Part shown: piece after piece, positions 21,301 to 31,583 of the stretch
Layout of the letters: each line of letters opens with the position of its first letter
Position numbering within the stretch: the stretch's first letter is position 1
Notes under the pieces: generated by a model
Seen by the model: only the letters and a program-made list of their open reading frames with translations
Told to the model about the DNA's origin: nothing
The model's database searches: none
Translations under genes and position numbers: made by a program
Assembly (NCBI GenBank): GCA_041489255.1
Contig: JBGPQV010000008.1
Location: 1 to 64,000 of the forward strand
Reading direction: 5' to 3'
DNA length: 64,000 nucleotides
From: Thermoplasmata archaeon
Lineage (GTDB): Archaea > Thermoplasmatota > Thermoplasmata > RBG-16-68-12 > JAFNFQ01

Positions 21301-22072
21301 CACGAAGCTCCATCGAGCACTTCACCTCCTTGCCTTCCTGAAACGACACCGGGGCGGCGTCCCGCACATCTTCGAGAGCGGTGTGTGCGACCAGGGAGCC
21401 GTCGTCGATTCGGAGGGACTCCGTCCCCTCGTAGGTCACGTTGATCACGGCCGGATCAGCTCCGGGGCTGACGATGAACTCATACTTGAGCCCCTCCGCG
21501 ATCACCCGGTAGACTAGGTCCGTTCCGTCGTACAAATTCCTGTACACCACCTCCCCAAAGTTCGCCACATCGGTCTTCCACCCCCCCGGTTCCTTCCCGA
21601 TGAAGAAGTTGCTGTCGAACGGCAACCGCTCTCTCCCGACAGGTCTGACGGCGTTCGCGCCCTCGAAGCGGATCATGTAGGCGAGAGACCTCGACACGGG
21701 CTCGAGCGCCGCTACGGCGGGCAGACCCCGAGATCCTCGCGGCCGCTGCCCATCTGCGACTCCATCGCCAGCATTCTCGGTGACGACGAACATGACGCCG
21801 TCGTCCCTGAACGCGACCGCGGGGTTGCCCATCGAATAGTATCGTACGCCTTCGGTGACCTGTCCCCTGTTCTCGGTGAAGTACCCTCCCATAGAATGGA
21901 AGGTGCTGAGTATGTCGTGTCCCGTTCGGTTCATGGACGGGACGGTCGGATTCCCCTGAGGACTGATGGGCGGAAAGGATGGCACAGGGAGGATGACCGC
22001 AAGTATAGATGGCACCAAGAATGCAGCAACAAGCATTTTTTCTTGAAATCCTGATCCGCGAACCCCTTGCAT
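18395..22072 (-). CDS. cell-surface SBBP (beta-propeller) repeat protein with FN3-like modules and C-terminal membrane anchor
   Basis: Signal/TM N-terminus, GYFTENRGQ, seven YSTFLGG...IALDSxGNAYVTGxTxSxDFP repeats, duplicated YWFSVRVxD/YWRVRARD modules, and a C-terminal TM plus basic tail. Confidence 0.9.
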   Translation of the reverse strand: MQGVRGSGFQEKMLVAAFLVPSILAVILPVPSFPPISPQGNPTVPSMNRTGHDILSTFHSMGGYFTENRGQVTEGVRYYSMGNPAVAFRDDGVMFVVTENAGDGVADGQRPRGSRGLPAVAALEPVSRSLAYMIRFEGANAVRPVGRERLPFDSNFFIGKEPGGWKTDVANFGEVVYRNLYDGTDLVYRVIAEGLKYEFIVSPGADPAVINVTYEGTESLRIDDGSLVAHTALEDVRDAAPVSFQEGKEVKCSMELRGANSYGFFCENLDASLQLVIDPLVYSTYLGGSIYESGMVALAVDDSGNAVVASGTDSPDFPVTPGVYQGSPRGFSDAYVSKLRADGSALIFSTFLGGSSGDEGISLALDSLGNVYLTGYTASSDFPVTPGAPDPTNGGDDVFVAKLNAAGDALIFSTFLGGAGFDEAWGIALDSQLNAYVTGNTESVDFPVTPGAIDSSCNGTDAFVTKLNAAGNAFLYSTFLGGNGDDEGHSVAVDASSNSYVTGFTQSADFPTTADAFDTSHNGGRDAFVVKIDPGGSTIAYSTFLGGSDSDRGSSIAVDSSGSAYVVGTTFSVGFPTTSGVLDSVLEGVNDGFVTKMNATGSGLAYSTFVGGSGADNGVSITLDSSGDAYVAGVTFSNDLPTTPGAFDATRNGFWDAYALHLNSTGVSVIYGTYIGGGGDDVGYSIALDRDGDIYVAGDTMSTNFPVSPGAIDSTYGGNTDDFIIKIDPYGRRPIARYLGVQGFTSLPGTRHVTDTSPLLNWTYYDEDGDPQARYEVKVGTFAGGGDMWSPGEQGGNVTSAMYGGPPLSRGTDYWFSVRVNDSIAWSNWTDIEFHTNSIPSPPLAALDPPQLSSVSSSVRRNVSWSASTDAEGDIVTYEWHVATDTTFSSFVASGSESRNTSSDFVAEGGRTFYWRVRARDDYEPLNWSAYGNTPPGYWTFSTLVNRPPAALGLGVQGYTSPPAITHITDMTPALNWTFYDPDGQTQVGYEAKVGTSQAGSDKLYTGAQTGTGSIVAYNGLPLASGTDYWFSVRVSDGFNWSSWAGVRFHVNSIPSPPPGYLSPIGGHSISPSASQRVEWRASTDAEGDNVTYEWQVATDNSFQIVVASGSGMNTSSAPFSTDSGRTYYWRVKARDDYEPSNWSEYGNAPTSYWSFHTTSPPTSGIESSFFCIVVIIAAFLILSVLVSYWIFKWRVRVAARIMREELEPILRPERHPEETKKPKK

Positions 22073-22231
22073 GCGTGTATCCCACTAGACTCCAACATAT
22101 TTCTATTCTTCGTGCACGGAGGGCTCCTGGCAGCTGTTTGGTATCAGCCCTCGCTCACATGGCGACTAGCGGTTCACCGATTGTTCACGCGCCGTCCCCA
22201 AGCGCCGAGATTGCGATTGTACCTGAAGATA

Positions 22232-22633
22232 TCACCGATTCCCGATCTCGCGGAGCAGGATTTCCACCTTCTTCTCGATGTCGTCTCTAATGCGCCTCAC
22301 TTCCGGCAGGGACTTCCCCCTCGGGTCAGGCAAGTCCCAGTCGCGGGCGTCTCCCCGGAAGGTCACGGGGCACACTTCGTCGGATGAGCAGCCCATCGTG
22401 ATCACGTGGTCACAGTCCGCCAACTCGCTCGGGGTGATCAGACGCGGCTTGTTCCCGGCGATGTCGAGGCCCACCTCCTTCATGGCTTCAGCGACTGCGG
22501 CGTACACCGCCGGCGCCGATCTCGTGCCACCGCTGATTATCTCCACACCGCCACCCGCCATCTTGCGCGCGAATGCGGCGGCCATCTGACTCCGGCCAGC
22601 ATTCTCCACGCACACGAAGGCTACCTTGACCAT
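22232..22633 (-). CDS. arsC: arsenate reductase (LMW-PTP family)
   Basis: P-loop CVENAGRSQMA, ITMGC, WDLPDP. Confidence 0.9.
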   Translation of the reverse strand: MVKVAFVCVENAGRSQMAAAFARKMAGGGVEIISGGTRSAPAVYAAVAEAMKEVGLDIAGNKPRLITPSELADCDHVITMGCSSDEVCPVTFRGDARDWDLPDPRGKSLPEVRRIRDDIEKKVEILLREIGNR

Positions 22634-22657
22634 GGCATCACCTGTTTCTCTTCCCTG

Positions 22658-23395
22658 TCAGTGGTCATCTCTCGGGTCTCCTCGCTTCTGTCCGTGGTTC
22701 TCCGGCTTCGCCCGGTCAGCCGCGCGGATCCGCGGCACACGCTCTCCTGTCACCATGTAAACGACGCGTTCCCCGATGTTCACCGCGTGGTCAGCGATTC
22801 GCTCCAAGTATCGGACCACCAAGATGTAGCGTGCGCCAATCTCGGTCTCCAGCGACCCGTCCTTCATGTCCGCGACGATATTGCGGAAGGCCTCGTCGTG
22901 CATTAGGTCGATCGTGTCGTCGACCTCGGCAAGATTCCGAACCGATTCCGCATCGCGCCGCACGAACGCGTCGACAGCCTTGTCGACCATCTCAATCGTC
23001 TGATCTACCATCTTCGGCAGGCCTGGCAGCTTGTCGAATTCGCTCGTCGTCGTCCCTTGGAGCTCGAGCGCGGTCTCCGCGATGTCCTTCGCATATCGAC
23101 CTATTCGGTCTAAGTCGGTCGTGATCTTCAGCGACGTGGTGATGGTCCGGAGGTCTCCCGCCACGGGCGCGTGCAGCGCGATCAGATCCCCGCACGTCCT
23201 TTCGACCTCGATTTGAAGCGCGTAGATCTCCTGGTCTAGCAGGAACACTTCATCCGCCGCGGCGTGGTCTAGCCTCGCCAGGCTGTCGACCGCCTTGCGG
23301 ATCGCAAGCTCGCTCAACTCGGCGAGCGTGACCATGTTCTCGTTCAGCTTATGGAGCCCGGCTCTGAGAGCCTTCCTTTCCGCCGCTGTAGGCAT
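22658..23395 (-). CDS. phoU: phosphate signalling protein PhoU
   Basis: PVAGDLR, DLDRIGRYA and LERIADHAVNI motifs; located in the pst operon. Confidence 0.93.
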   Translation of the reverse strand: MPTAAERKALRAGLHKLNENMVTLAELSELAIRKAVDSLARLDHAAADEVFLLDQEIYALQIEVERTCGDLIALHAPVAGDLRTITTSLKITTDLDRIGRYAKDIAETALELQGTTTSEFDKLPGLPKMVDQTIEMVDKAVDAFVRRDAESVRNLAEVDDTIDLMHDEAFRNIVADMKDGSLETEIGARYILVVRYLERIADHAVNIGERVVYMVTGERVPRIRAADRAKPENHGQKRGDPRDDH

Positions 23396-24148
23396 CTAAC
23401 CAAACCTCCCTGTTATGTAGTTCTCGGTGAGATCCTCTTTCGGTTTCTCGAAAAGATCCCGGGTACGGTTGAACTCTATCAGGCGACCCATGTACATAAA
23501 CGCCGTGGAGTCCGCCACACGCGCCGCCTGCTGCATGTTGTGGGTGACTATGACCAAGGTGTAGGCCTCCTTGAGGTCGAACATCAGGTCCTCGATCTTC
23601 GCCGTCGCCACGGGGTCCAGCGCGGAGCAAGGCTCGTCCATCAGAAGCACCTCGGGCTGGACCGCCAGCGCCCTGGCTATGCACAGTCTCTGCTGCTGTC
23701 CGCCGGAGAGGCCGAGCCCTGGAGCGTTCAGGGAGTCCTTCACCTCGTCCCAAAGGGCCGCCAGCTTCAGGCTCCTGACGACTCTGTTGTTGATGGTCTT
23801 CCTGTCGCGCGTCCCGTTGAGCCTCAGGCCGGAAGCGACGTTGTCGTAGATGGACATCGTGGGGAACGGGTTGGCCTTCTGGAACACCATTCCCACCTTC
23901 CTCCTCAGGGTCACGGGGTCCTGCCCGTAGACGTCCTCGCCGTCGAGAAGGACGGTCCCTTCAACTCTGGTCTTCGGAACTATCTCGTGCATCCTGTTGA
24001 GACACCTGATCAGGGTGGACTTGCCACATCCCGACGGGCCGATGATGGCGGTTATCGCATTCTCCTCGAAGTCGAGAGTCAGGTCATCCACAGCCTTCTT
24101 GCGGCCATACCACGCGGAAAGATTCTTCACCTGGATTTTCGCTGTCAA
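23396..24148 (-). CDS. pstB: phosphate ABC transporter ATPase
   Basis: [48 protein letters not shown] start at 24148 overlaps the pstA stop. Confidence 0.96.
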   Translation of the reverse strand: MTAKIQVKNLSAWYGRKKAVDDLTLDFEENAITAIIGPSGCGKSTLIRCLNRMHEIVPKTRVEGTVLLDGEDVYGQDPVTLRRKVGMVFQKANPFPTMSIYDNVASGLRLNGTRDRKTINNRVVRSLKLAALWDEVKDSLNAPGLGLSGGQQQRLCIARALAVQPEVLLMDEPCSALDPVATAKIEDLMFDLKEAYTLVIVTHNMQQAARVADSTAFMYMGRLIEFNRTRDLFEKPKEDLTENYITGRFG

Positions 24149-25056
24149 TGACGCACCCCCGATGATCCAAACCGATTCCTCAGAGCGAGGCGCGATGCCA
24201 CGCTGATCGCCAGCATCATCATCACGAGCACCAGTGAGGCGCCCCAGGCGAGCTGCTGCCAGTTCTGGTACGCGCTGGTTCCGTAGACATAGATGAGATG
24301 TGGCAGCGCTTCCACGGGCTGGTTGAGACCCTGGAAGCCGAAAGGGCTCCCGAACGCGGTCATGATCAGGGGCGCTGTCTCGCCACCGGCCCTCGCGACG
24401 GAGAGGAGCGAGCCGGTGATCAACCCGCTCCTGGCGGTGCTGAGGACCACGCGCAGCACGACGCGGTACTTCGGGATCCCGAGGGCGAGAGCGGCCTCCC
24501 GTATCGAGGTAGGGACCATCCTCAGTGCATCCTCTGTCGTCCGGGCGACGATGGGGATCATTATCACCGCCAGGGCGAAGGTGCCGGACAGCGTGCTGAA
24601 TACGGAACGCCGATCCATCAGTCCAGAGACAGCGAGCGCCAGCATCAGGGAGTAGACGAACACTCCGACGACGATCGAGGGGATCTCCGTCATGATCTCG
24701 GTGAAGAACCTCACGGCCCTGCCGAAGCGGTTGTTGCCGAACTCGGAAACATAGATCCCCGTCAGCGCACCTATCGGGATCGAGATCAAGGCCGCGATGC
24801 CCACAAGTATCAGCGTCCCCTGGATTGCGTTGGCGATGCCCCCGGTCGGGCAGGCGTTGCTGAATTGCGAGCTGCACGGCTCCGGCGGCGGCTGGGTGAA
24901 GAAGCCCGTGCTGAACGCTCCCAGACCTCGCGAGGCCGCTTCGAACAGGATGCTCCCCAGTGGGACGAGGGCGATGACCACGCAAGCGAATGCGGCAATG
25001 CTGACCAGCGCGCTCTTCCATCTCCTCCTCGTTGGACGGTCGAACCGGATCCTCAT
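24145..25056 (-). CDS. pstA: phosphate ABC transporter permease PstA
   Basis: [15 protein letters not shown] and [10 protein letters not shown] motifs; ATG at 25056. Confidence 0.94.
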   Translation of the reverse strand: MRIRFDRPTRRRWKSALVSIAAFACVVIALVPLGSILFEAASRGLGAFSTGFFTQPPPEPCSSQFSNACPTGGIANAIQGTLILVGIAALISIPIGALTGIYVSEFGNNRFGRAVRFFTEIMTEIPSIVVGVFVYSLMLALAVSGLMDRRSVFSTLSGTFALAVIMIPIVARTTEDALRMVPTSIREAALALGIPKYRVVLRVVLSTARSGLITGSLLSVARAGGETAPLIMTAFGSPFGFQGLNQPVEALPHLIYVYGTSAYQNWQQLAWGASLVLVMMMLAISVASRLALRNRFGSSGVRH

Positions 25057-26030
25057 TCGACCGCCTCCCCGATCCGCCACAGCCTCCCGATTACAAGCCT
25101 CGCGAAGATGTTGATCAGGAGGGATATGAGCATCAGCACGAGACCCAGGTAGATGAGGGCGCTCAGCTCCAGTTGTCCGGCTTCCGTGAAGTTGTTCGCG
25201 ATCAAGCTCGCGATCGTCTGTCCTTGGCTGAAAAGCGATGAGCCGATGGCGTTCCTGTTGCCGATCGTCATGGTCACCGCCATTGTCTCGCCGACGGCGC
25301 GCCCGAGACCGAGGATGATGGCACCGAATATCCCGGAGCGGGCGTACTTGAGCACGGCGACCCTGGTCGTCTCCCAGCGCGTGGCGCCGAGGCTCATGGC
25401 CGCCTCCCTCTGGTTCTGCGGCACCGCCATCAGCGCCTCGCGGGAGATGGCCGAGACCGTGGGAATGATCATCACCGCAAGTATGACTCCGGCGGTCAGC
25501 ATGTCGACCCCGATGGGGGTCCCCTGGAATATCGGCAGGAAACCCAGCACCGACTTGAGTCCGGGCTCCACGCTGTCTCTCATGAACGGGACCAGGACGA
25601 AAATCCCCCAGAGTCCGTAGACAACCGACGGGACCGCCGCCAGAAGCTCCACGAGGAAGGACAGCGGCGACCTCAACCAGCTGGGCGCCAGTTCGGAAAG
25701 GAAGATTGCAATACCGAGGCTGATCGGGACCCCGATCAGGAGCGCGATCGCGGATGTGACGAGCGTCCCGGTGATGAACGGGGCCGCGCCGAAACTGCCC
25801 GCCACCGGATCCCAGACCGTCCCCCATAAGAAGCCCGGTCCGAACTTCCCGATTGCCTCCTGGGACGACCAGGCCAGGACGACCACGATGAGGCCGATCA
25901 GAACCAGGACGCCCAGGGCGACGAGGGCTGCCGCTGCCTTGAATATGGAGTCACCCCGGGTTTCCCCCTTTACTCTCTTGTCTTTTCCCGGGGCGTTATC
26001 ATCGCGACTCTCGCCTGCGACGGTCCGCAA
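25053..26030 (-). CDS. pstC: phosphate ABC transporter permease PstC
   Basis: [38 protein letters not shown]. Confidence 0.95.
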   Translation of the reverse strand: MRTVAGESRDDNAPGKDKRVKGETRGDSIFKAAAALVALGVLVLIGLIVVVLAWSSQEAIGKFGPGFLWGTVWDPVAGSFGAAPFITGTLVTSAIALLIGVPISLGIAIFLSELAPSWLRSPLSFLVELLAAVPSVVYGLWGIFVLVPFMRDSVEPGLKSVLGFLPIFQGTPIGVDMLTAGVILAVMIIPTVSAISREALMAVPQNQREAAMSLGATRWETTRVAVLKYARSGIFGAIILGLGRAVGETMAVTMTIGNRNAIGSSLFSQGQTIASLIANNFTEAGQLELSALIYLGLVLMLISLLINIFARLVIGRLWRIGEAVE

Positions 26031-26040
26031 GGACTAATCA

Positions 26041-27177
26041 TCACCTAAGCGCTTGCCCGTTGTACGTTATGAGCCCTATCGACCTCTCGTCAATCTGCAC
26101 CACCTGCTGCGGCAACGGGACGTAGTACAGGGCGGACGAATACTGCTGTCCGTCGTGAACGATCCACCACAGGAAGTCCACCAGCGCCTTTGCCCTCTGT
26201 TGATTCATAGAGGATCCATAGACGTTGAGTTCTCTGTAGACGACGATGTAGGTGAAGCTGCCAATCGGGTAGCTCTGATCGCCCGATGGATTGACTATGG
26301 AGACGCTCGACCAGCTGTCCTCGCCATTGGGCAGGGTCGTCGCTGCGCTCTCGGCCGCATTGCGCGTCGTGTTCAAGGTCGGCAGGATGAAGTCACCCGC
26401 CGAGTTTTCGACTTTGGCGTACTTGAGCCCGTTCGACGCTGCGTAGGCCAGTTCGACATACCCGACCGAGTAAGGGATCTGTGACACCGAGGCCGACACG
26501 CCGTCGTTCCCTTTCGCACCGATCCCGACCGGCCAGTTCACTGACTTGCCCTTGCCAACCTGTGACGCCCAGGCAGTGCTGACCTTGGACAGGTAGTCGG
26601 TCCAGACGAACGTCGTCCCGCTTCCATCCGACCTGTGCACGACCGAGATGGGCTGGTCGGGCAATGTGATGCCGGGATTCAGCGAGGTTATGTTGGCCGC
26701 GTTCCACTTGGTGACCGTGCCCAGGAACATGTCTGCGATGACCGGCCCGGTGATGTTCAGTCCGCTGCCCACTCCCGGGATGTTATAGGTGAGGACCACC
26801 GCGCCCATAGTCTCCGGAATGTGCAGTAGGTTTGGCGCGTTGGATCTCTCCGTCGCGTTCATAGGCGCGTCCGTCCCGCCAAAGTCGACGGTCTTCGCGG
26901 TGATTTGCTGTATGCCGCCGCCGCTGCCGATGGACTGGTAGTTCACTTGGACGCCGGTCAGTTTCTGGTATTCGCTCGACCACTTGCTTATCAACGGATA
27001 CGGGAACGTCGCTCCCGCCCCGAGGAGCGTCGTCGTCGCCGATGACGAGAACCAGCCCGCCATGGCGCCGTACGCCACGATGATGACGACGACACCCACT
27101 GCTCCGATCGCAATCAATTTCCCCCGCCCGCGACGTGGGGGCGGTATGCTTTCTGTCTCTTGCTCTGTGCCACTCAA
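26041..27177 (-). CDS. pstS: phosphate ABC transporter substrate-binding protein
   Basis: GAGATFPYP, YQSIGSGGG and HRSDGSGTT motifs; N-terminal TM anchor. Confidence 0.96.
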   Translation of the reverse strand: MSGTEQETESIPPPRRGRGKLIAIGAVGVVVIIVAYGAMAGWFSSSATTTLLGAGATFPYPLISKWSSEYQKLTGVQVNYQSIGSGGGIQQITAKTVDFGGTDAPMNATERSNAPNLLHIPETMGAVVLTYNIPGVGSGLNITGPVIADMFLGTVTKWNAANITSLNPGITLPDQPISVVHRSDGSGTTFVWTDYLSKVSTAWASQVGKGKSVNWPVGIGAKGNDGVSASVSQIPYSVGYVELAYAASNGLKYAKVENSAGDFILPTLNTTRNAAESAATTLPNGEDSWSSVSIVNPSGDQSYPIGSFTYIVVYRELNVYGSSMNQQRAKALVDFLWWIVHDGQQYSSALYYVPLPQQVVQIDERSIGLITYNGQALR

Positions 27178-27407
27178 GTTCTCACATCCTCATTTCAAAG
27201 CGATGATTCACTTGGAAGCCAACTCGTCGGCCACGAATGGGCCGATCTCCCCCCGCAACATCTTCCATTCATCGGGGCCGATCGTCGGCCGCACGCTCTT
27301 TCCCCTGTTTCTTGCCTTCTGTTGTTGTCTCATCGATTGCTTTCAAGGCAGGAGGAGTCCAAGTGCGTTGTCACAAGACAATCGGCTGACAACCGTGGAC
27401 AAACGGC

Positions 27408-27429
27408 GTCTATATTGACCTATATAGAC
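27408..27429. promoter_or_regulatory. inverted repeat GTCTATAT-N6-ATATAGAC, candidate operator between pstS and the PhoU-type regulator
   Basis: Perfect 8-bp arms at 27408-27415 and 27422-27429 in the divergent intergenic region. Confidence 0.55.
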
Positions 27430-27469
27430 TTCGCGGAGAACCCTTATCACAGGCCGATGTCTAGAGGGA

Positions 27470-28495
27470 TTGGTGCCCCAAGAAGTTCGCAAGCTGCAGA
27501 AGACCGGCGGGTCGACCTTCATCTTGTCGCTCCCGAAGCGTTGGGTCGTCGCCGCCGGACTGAAAGCCGGGGACAACGTCTTCGTTGATTCGCTCGACGA
27601 CGGGAGCCTGTCGCTCAGGACGGAACCCACGACGACACGCAAGGTCCGGAGGAAGGTCGTCGAGGTGAAGGGCGAGGAGCCTAGGGAGCACATCCTCCGG
27701 AAGCTCATAGGCGCATACATCTCCGGCCACGACGTCGTAGAGGTCCGTTTCAGGCCCGAGTCCCGCTCATCGATCAGGCGGGTCGCGAGGGAGTTCGCGC
27801 GCATGGCCATGGGTGTCGAAATAACCGAGGAAGGGCGCTCTTCCATCGTCCTCCAGGACCTCTCGGACCTCTCGGAGCTGAGTCCCGAGAAATGCCTTCG
27901 CAGGATGCACATGAGCGTCAAGGCGATGCACGAGGAGGCGCTCGGGGTCATGGGCACCGGCGACCGGGAGCACGCTGAAGACGTGAGGCAGATGGACGAG
28001 GACATCGATCGGCTTTACTGGCTGGTCGCGAAGCAGTGCAACCTCGCCAACCTCTACGGCGGCGCCACCGTGGACAACCTGACAAAGGCGGGGATCCACG
28101 ACTACCATTTTGCCGCGAAGACGCTGGAGCGCATCGGCGACCACGCTGAGAGAATCGCAGGCGCGGCCGAGCAGGTCGGCGGGAAGATAGACCCGCGCCT
28201 GACAAAGGACCTATTGGCGGCAGGCATGGCGTCGTTGCGAATCCTGGACTCAGCTTTCGCCGCGCTCATGTCCGGGGACATAGACACCGCGAACAAAGCC
28301 GCGGACGAGGGCGAGAAGCTCCAGAAGATGGTGGATTCTCTGACCCACCGCGTTGCGGTGTACAAAGGCGAAGAACTGCTCGCGCTGAGCGCCATCGTCG
28401 ACAGCATCAGCAGGACAGGAGGGTATGCCACGGATATCGCGGAAATCGCGATCAACCACCTCCTTTCGCAACCTAGCCTTGCGATAAATGAGTGA
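27470..28495 (+). CDS. archaeal phosphate uptake regulator (AbrB DNA-binding domain + PhoU domains)
   Basis: N-terminal RKLQKTGGSTFILSLPKRW; LERIGDHA; divergent from the pst operon. Confidence 0.92.
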   Translation: MVPQEVRKLQKTGGSTFILSLPKRWVVAAGLKAGDNVFVDSLDDGSLSLRTEPTTTRKVRRKVVEVKGEEPREHILRKLIGAYISGHDVVEVRFRPESRSSIRRVAREFARMAMGVEITEEGRSSIVLQDLSDLSELSPEKCLRRMHMSVKAMHEEALGVMGTGDREHAEDVRQMDEDIDRLYWLVAKQCNLANLYGGATVDNLTKAGIHDYHFAAKTLERIGDHAERIAGAAEQVGGKIDPRLTKDLLAAGMASLRILDSAFAALMSGDIDTANKAADEGEKLQKMVDSLTHRVAVYKGEELLALSAIVDSISRTGGYATDIAEIAINHLLSQPSLAINE

Positions 28496-28576
28496 CATTC
28501 CCTACTCCGTCCGTCAACGTATCTAGAACTCCCACATCGGCACGGCTACCGTCCCAAGCCCGGAATGTCGACCTCG

Positions 28577-30106
28577 CTACATGTAGTAGAGATACCGTGA
28601 CTCCGGAGGGATTCCCGCCGGGACCTCGCGCAGTATGTTGCCTACTTGACGCGCGAACTGCAGGGTTATCGGCAGAAGACAAGCGAAGTCGGCCGTGTTC
28701 CAGTTTGATCGAGTCAGTGCTAGGATTTCCCTGCACAACTCATCCCTGGGTGTGTCGGCTTGTTCAAACCGAACTTCCAGAGGCCTTGGAACCCTGGCGC
28801 CGGGATAGATCCTCATGTACGGGACGAAGCCCCTAGTGAAGAGCAAACGCGAATCGTCAGGTAGAGTAACAACCGTGCCTCGAATTGGTGGATGATATCC
28901 CGCGCGGAAGAGCTTGATGCCGCGTGCTCTCTCATAGATCGATACAAAATCCTTTCTAGCCACGCCCGCGAGTCCCGCGTTCATGCCGCTAATCTCTGCG
29001 TCCGTGAACTTCGAGGACTTATGGACGACCACCCGCGAGGGCCCATGCTGGGTATGTTCTTCGTAGGCCCTGAGCACTTGTCCCATTAGACGTCGGGCGG
29101 CATCCAAGGACAAGTGTGGCTCACGCTTCGGCTCCCACTTGAATCGTTCACCACGCAGGACAAGACCCTCCCCCTCGGGAGTGAACACCTGCGCAAGGCT
29201 TGTTCCTACATGCCCACCGACCTTTTCGTGATAGAAAGCAATCCCGACAAAACAGGTTCCTGCGGGGATGTCCTGAAGCCTCCAAGGTCGGCCTCCCGCC
29301 TTGTAGTGAAGCGCGACCGCGAGATTCCAGCAAATCGTAGCCGGATCCTGTAGTCTACCTTCCACCTTGCCAAACAGCTTGTCAAGAGTATACGGCCTGA
29401 TGAATTGGGTGGGGGCGCCCATGCGCATGGCGCGGGCCTTGAGCAAGTTGTGGAAGTTGTCACTCACCATCTTCTGAAGCATCTCGTCCCGGATCTCCTC
29501 TACTTCCGGGCTGAACTCCCAAAGTCTCCGCTGCCTGGGGTCCTCGGCAGACGTTTCGACGCGCTTTTCGCTCTCCGACTTTCTCCCCCTTGGGCCACCC
29601 TTCTCCTCGCCCTCAATCGGGATGCAGAGGTCCATCATCCTTCTAGGCGGTGCGCAGACGAAGAGTCGGGGACTCCCCTCCTTTGCTTTCTGTTTTTGGA
29701 TATGCTCACACATCAGGTCCACAGCGAACCTGATCCGCTCTTGGCGTCTGGGAATCCTCTCGAATCTTGCCATCTCATCATTCGTGAGAACCTCACACCA
29801 GTCCGGGGTCGTGACCAGCTCGCAACCGAAGGGGCTTCCCAGATTCATACCGGGGAAACCAGACTTCCACGAGGGATACGCTGGATCACCGGAGATACTG
29901 TTGCGACACAGTTCCAGGAGCTTCCATGCCTGGTCCACTGTTTCGGAATCTCCGACAATGCCGAGCGTGATTTGCTTCGGGTGTTCGGAGTACGGCCCGT
30001 AGAGGGCCAGACCTGTCTTCGGGTCCGGGCAAGGGAAACCGCCTCCGAAGAGAAGTTCTGGTTCCGGATAATGTGTCGCTGAAAGCGCGCTACCCTTCCT
30101 CTCCAT
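28577..30106 (-). CDS. short prokaryotic Argonaute (MID-PIWI, catalytically inactive)
   Basis: PEPELLFG N-terminus; WNLAVALHYKAGGRPW, CFVGIAFY, AQVF, VVVHKSS, EILALTRSNWN, LPIT and RYLYYM C-terminus. Catalytic Asp positions are replaced. Probable ATG at 30106 overlaps the upstream stop; the ORF extends to 30160. Confidence 0.93.
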   Translation of the reverse strand: MERKGSALSATHYPEPELLFGGGFPCPDPKTGLALYGPYSEHPKQITLGIVGDSETVDQAWKLLELCRNSISGDPAYPSWKSGFPGMNLGSPFGCELVTTPDWCEVLTNDEMARFERIPRRQERIRFAVDLMCEHIQKQKAKEGSPRLFVCAPPRRMMDLCIPIEGEEKGGPRGRKSESEKRVETSAEDPRQRRLWEFSPEVEEIRDEMLQKMVSDNFHNLLKARAMRMGAPTQFIRPYTLDKLFGKVEGRLQDPATICWNLAVALHYKAGGRPWRLQDIPAGTCFVGIAFYHEKVGGHVGTSLAQVFTPEGEGLVLRGERFKWEPKREPHLSLDAARRLMGQVLRAYEEHTQHGPSRVVVHKSSKFTDAEISGMNAGLAGVARKDFVSIYERARGIKLFRAGYHPPIRGTVVTLPDDSRLLFTRGFVPYMRIYPGARVPRPLEVRFEQADTPRDELCREILALTRSNWNTADFACLLPITLQFARQVGNILREVPAGIPPESRYLYYM

Positions 30107-31481
30107 CGCCCTCATCCTCGCGGAAATCGGATTCACTTTCGGCCTCTGCCTTTTCATCAAGGACGAGGTCCGGCGGCTCGACCACCTGCCTCAACATCGT
30201 TTGGTCCCCGAAGATCCCAACGGGTACTGAAACGGAGGCCGGCTGTGAGTCAATCTCCAGCACCTCACCCCCCGTCTCGAGAGCGATGCACCCTTTCTCA
30301 GTGGAAAGAAGCCAAGCCCAGAAACGAATCTCGCTAAAATTCGGGCTATTCTTCTGCGTCGAGGTGAACTTCGCGTTCAGAACGATAGACTTTCGCCCCC
30401 GGATGAACTCGTTCATGGCAGTCTTGAAAACCCAGCCTGATTCCAACAACAGGAACGGTTGGCGGCCCAAGAGCAGGAACCTCATCTTTACCGCGCGGAA
30501 CGCCTTATACCCATATGGCGGGCTTCCCCTCGTATAGTCGAAAAGGAGTCCTTTGGGCTTTCCTTTTCCGTACGGGAGGAGGCTTGTCTCCTTCAGAACG
30601 CCTTCATGAAAGAAGTACTTCCGCCCGACCCTGTCATGGCTCATGTGCATCCGCGCGGACCGAACTCGAATACAATCGTTCAGCAGCCAGACTAGCCTGC
30701 GGGAGCGCTCGCCGTCCGCAAGCCAGCTGTCTGTCGACTCTTCATGAGTGTCGAACTGCTCCACCACTCCTAGGAAGGGGTGATCACGCTTCCCAAGGTC
30801 CGCGAAAGTGTACAGCCTCCCCTGCCAGATGACATGCGGAGGCACGATCTCACCCTGGTAGTATTCGATGAGGTCCTTCAACCGGCGAAACTCGGTCGGG
30901 GCACTCCATATGACGGGGGGGAGACTTGCCACTGGGAAGAGGTTAGAATGAATGGTCTCTGGCACCTTGTCTGCCGCAGCAGCAGAGAGGTCGTGCATCA
31001 TGGATCCGCCGTCGTCGGGCACACCGTGCCCATCCACCGCTTTCGCATCTCCACGGGGGAGCGGTTCGTTCTTCAAAATCGCGAGCAGCTGGGGAAGTCC
31101 GCGCTTCAAATTCCCTTCGGAGAAGTCCACATACTTTCGAAACGCCAACAGTGGCGGGAGTGCGCATCTCCTGTACATGAGAGGGACGACGAAACCCAGC
31201 CTACCCGCGGGATCCTTGAAGACAGCCGCGTTTCTCTCGGCAGTTGGCCATTCGGCGAGTAGGTACTCCGGGGACAGGACGAGCCCGATGAATCTTGAAG
31301 TGGAGAGGGCTTGGTCAATCCGAGCCACGATGTCATCGCCGGGCTTGATGTCCCACTCGTCGATAAAGACCTTGAGCTTCCTTCCTCGACCGCTCTCGCT
31401 TTCGACTGCGGCGGCGAGCTTGAGGGCGAACTCCTTATCAATCGACTTGTAGGAGATGAACAAGTCGTGATCTTTGGCCAT
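30090..31481 (-). CDS. TIR-APAZ protein (SPARTA NADase effector)
   Basis: N-terminal TIR (DLFISY, VFIDEWDIKPGD, LSPEY...WPTAE with the catalytic Glu), APAZ-like region from ETIHSNLFPV, and an acidic C-terminal tail. It overlaps the short pAgo gene and has an AGGTGA SD. Confidence 0.9.
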   Translation of the reverse strand: MAKDHDLFISYKSIDKEFALKLAAAVESESGRGRKLKVFIDEWDIKPGDDIVARIDQALSTSRFIGLVLSPEYLLAEWPTAERNAAVFKDPAGRLGFVVPLMYRRCALPPLLAFRKYVDFSEGNLKRGLPQLLAILKNEPLPRGDAKAVDGHGVPDDGGSMMHDLSAAAADKVPETIHSNLFPVASLPPVIWSAPTEFRRLKDLIEYYQGEIVPPHVIWQGRLYTFADLGKRDHPFLGVVEQFDTHEESTDSWLADGERSRRLVWLLNDCIRVRSARMHMSHDRVGRKYFFHEGVLKETSLLPYGKGKPKGLLFDYTRGSPPYGYKAFRAVKMRFLLLGRQPFLLLESGWVFKTAMNEFIRGRKSIVLNAKFTSTQKNSPNFSEIRFWAWLLSTEKGCIALETGGEVLEIDSQPASVSVPVGIFGDQTMLRQVVEPPDLVLDEKAEAESESDFREDEGDGEEG

Positions 31482-31583
31482 CTGTCTTCACCTATGCCCG
31501 TTGGACACAGGAATACAAGTGCGACACACCACTGCGATGCGGCAAGGCAATCGCATTCCTGCGAGCGACAATTCCGCGGTGCC

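Noticed and set aside
23396-25827. Long N-terminal extensions of PstB (541 aa) and PstA (560 aa) in the ORF track
   Set aside because: They are alternative-frame read-through of upstream GC-rich genes. The real starts are at 24148 and 25056. The same applies to the track versions of aIF2alpha, RdgB and Bud32.
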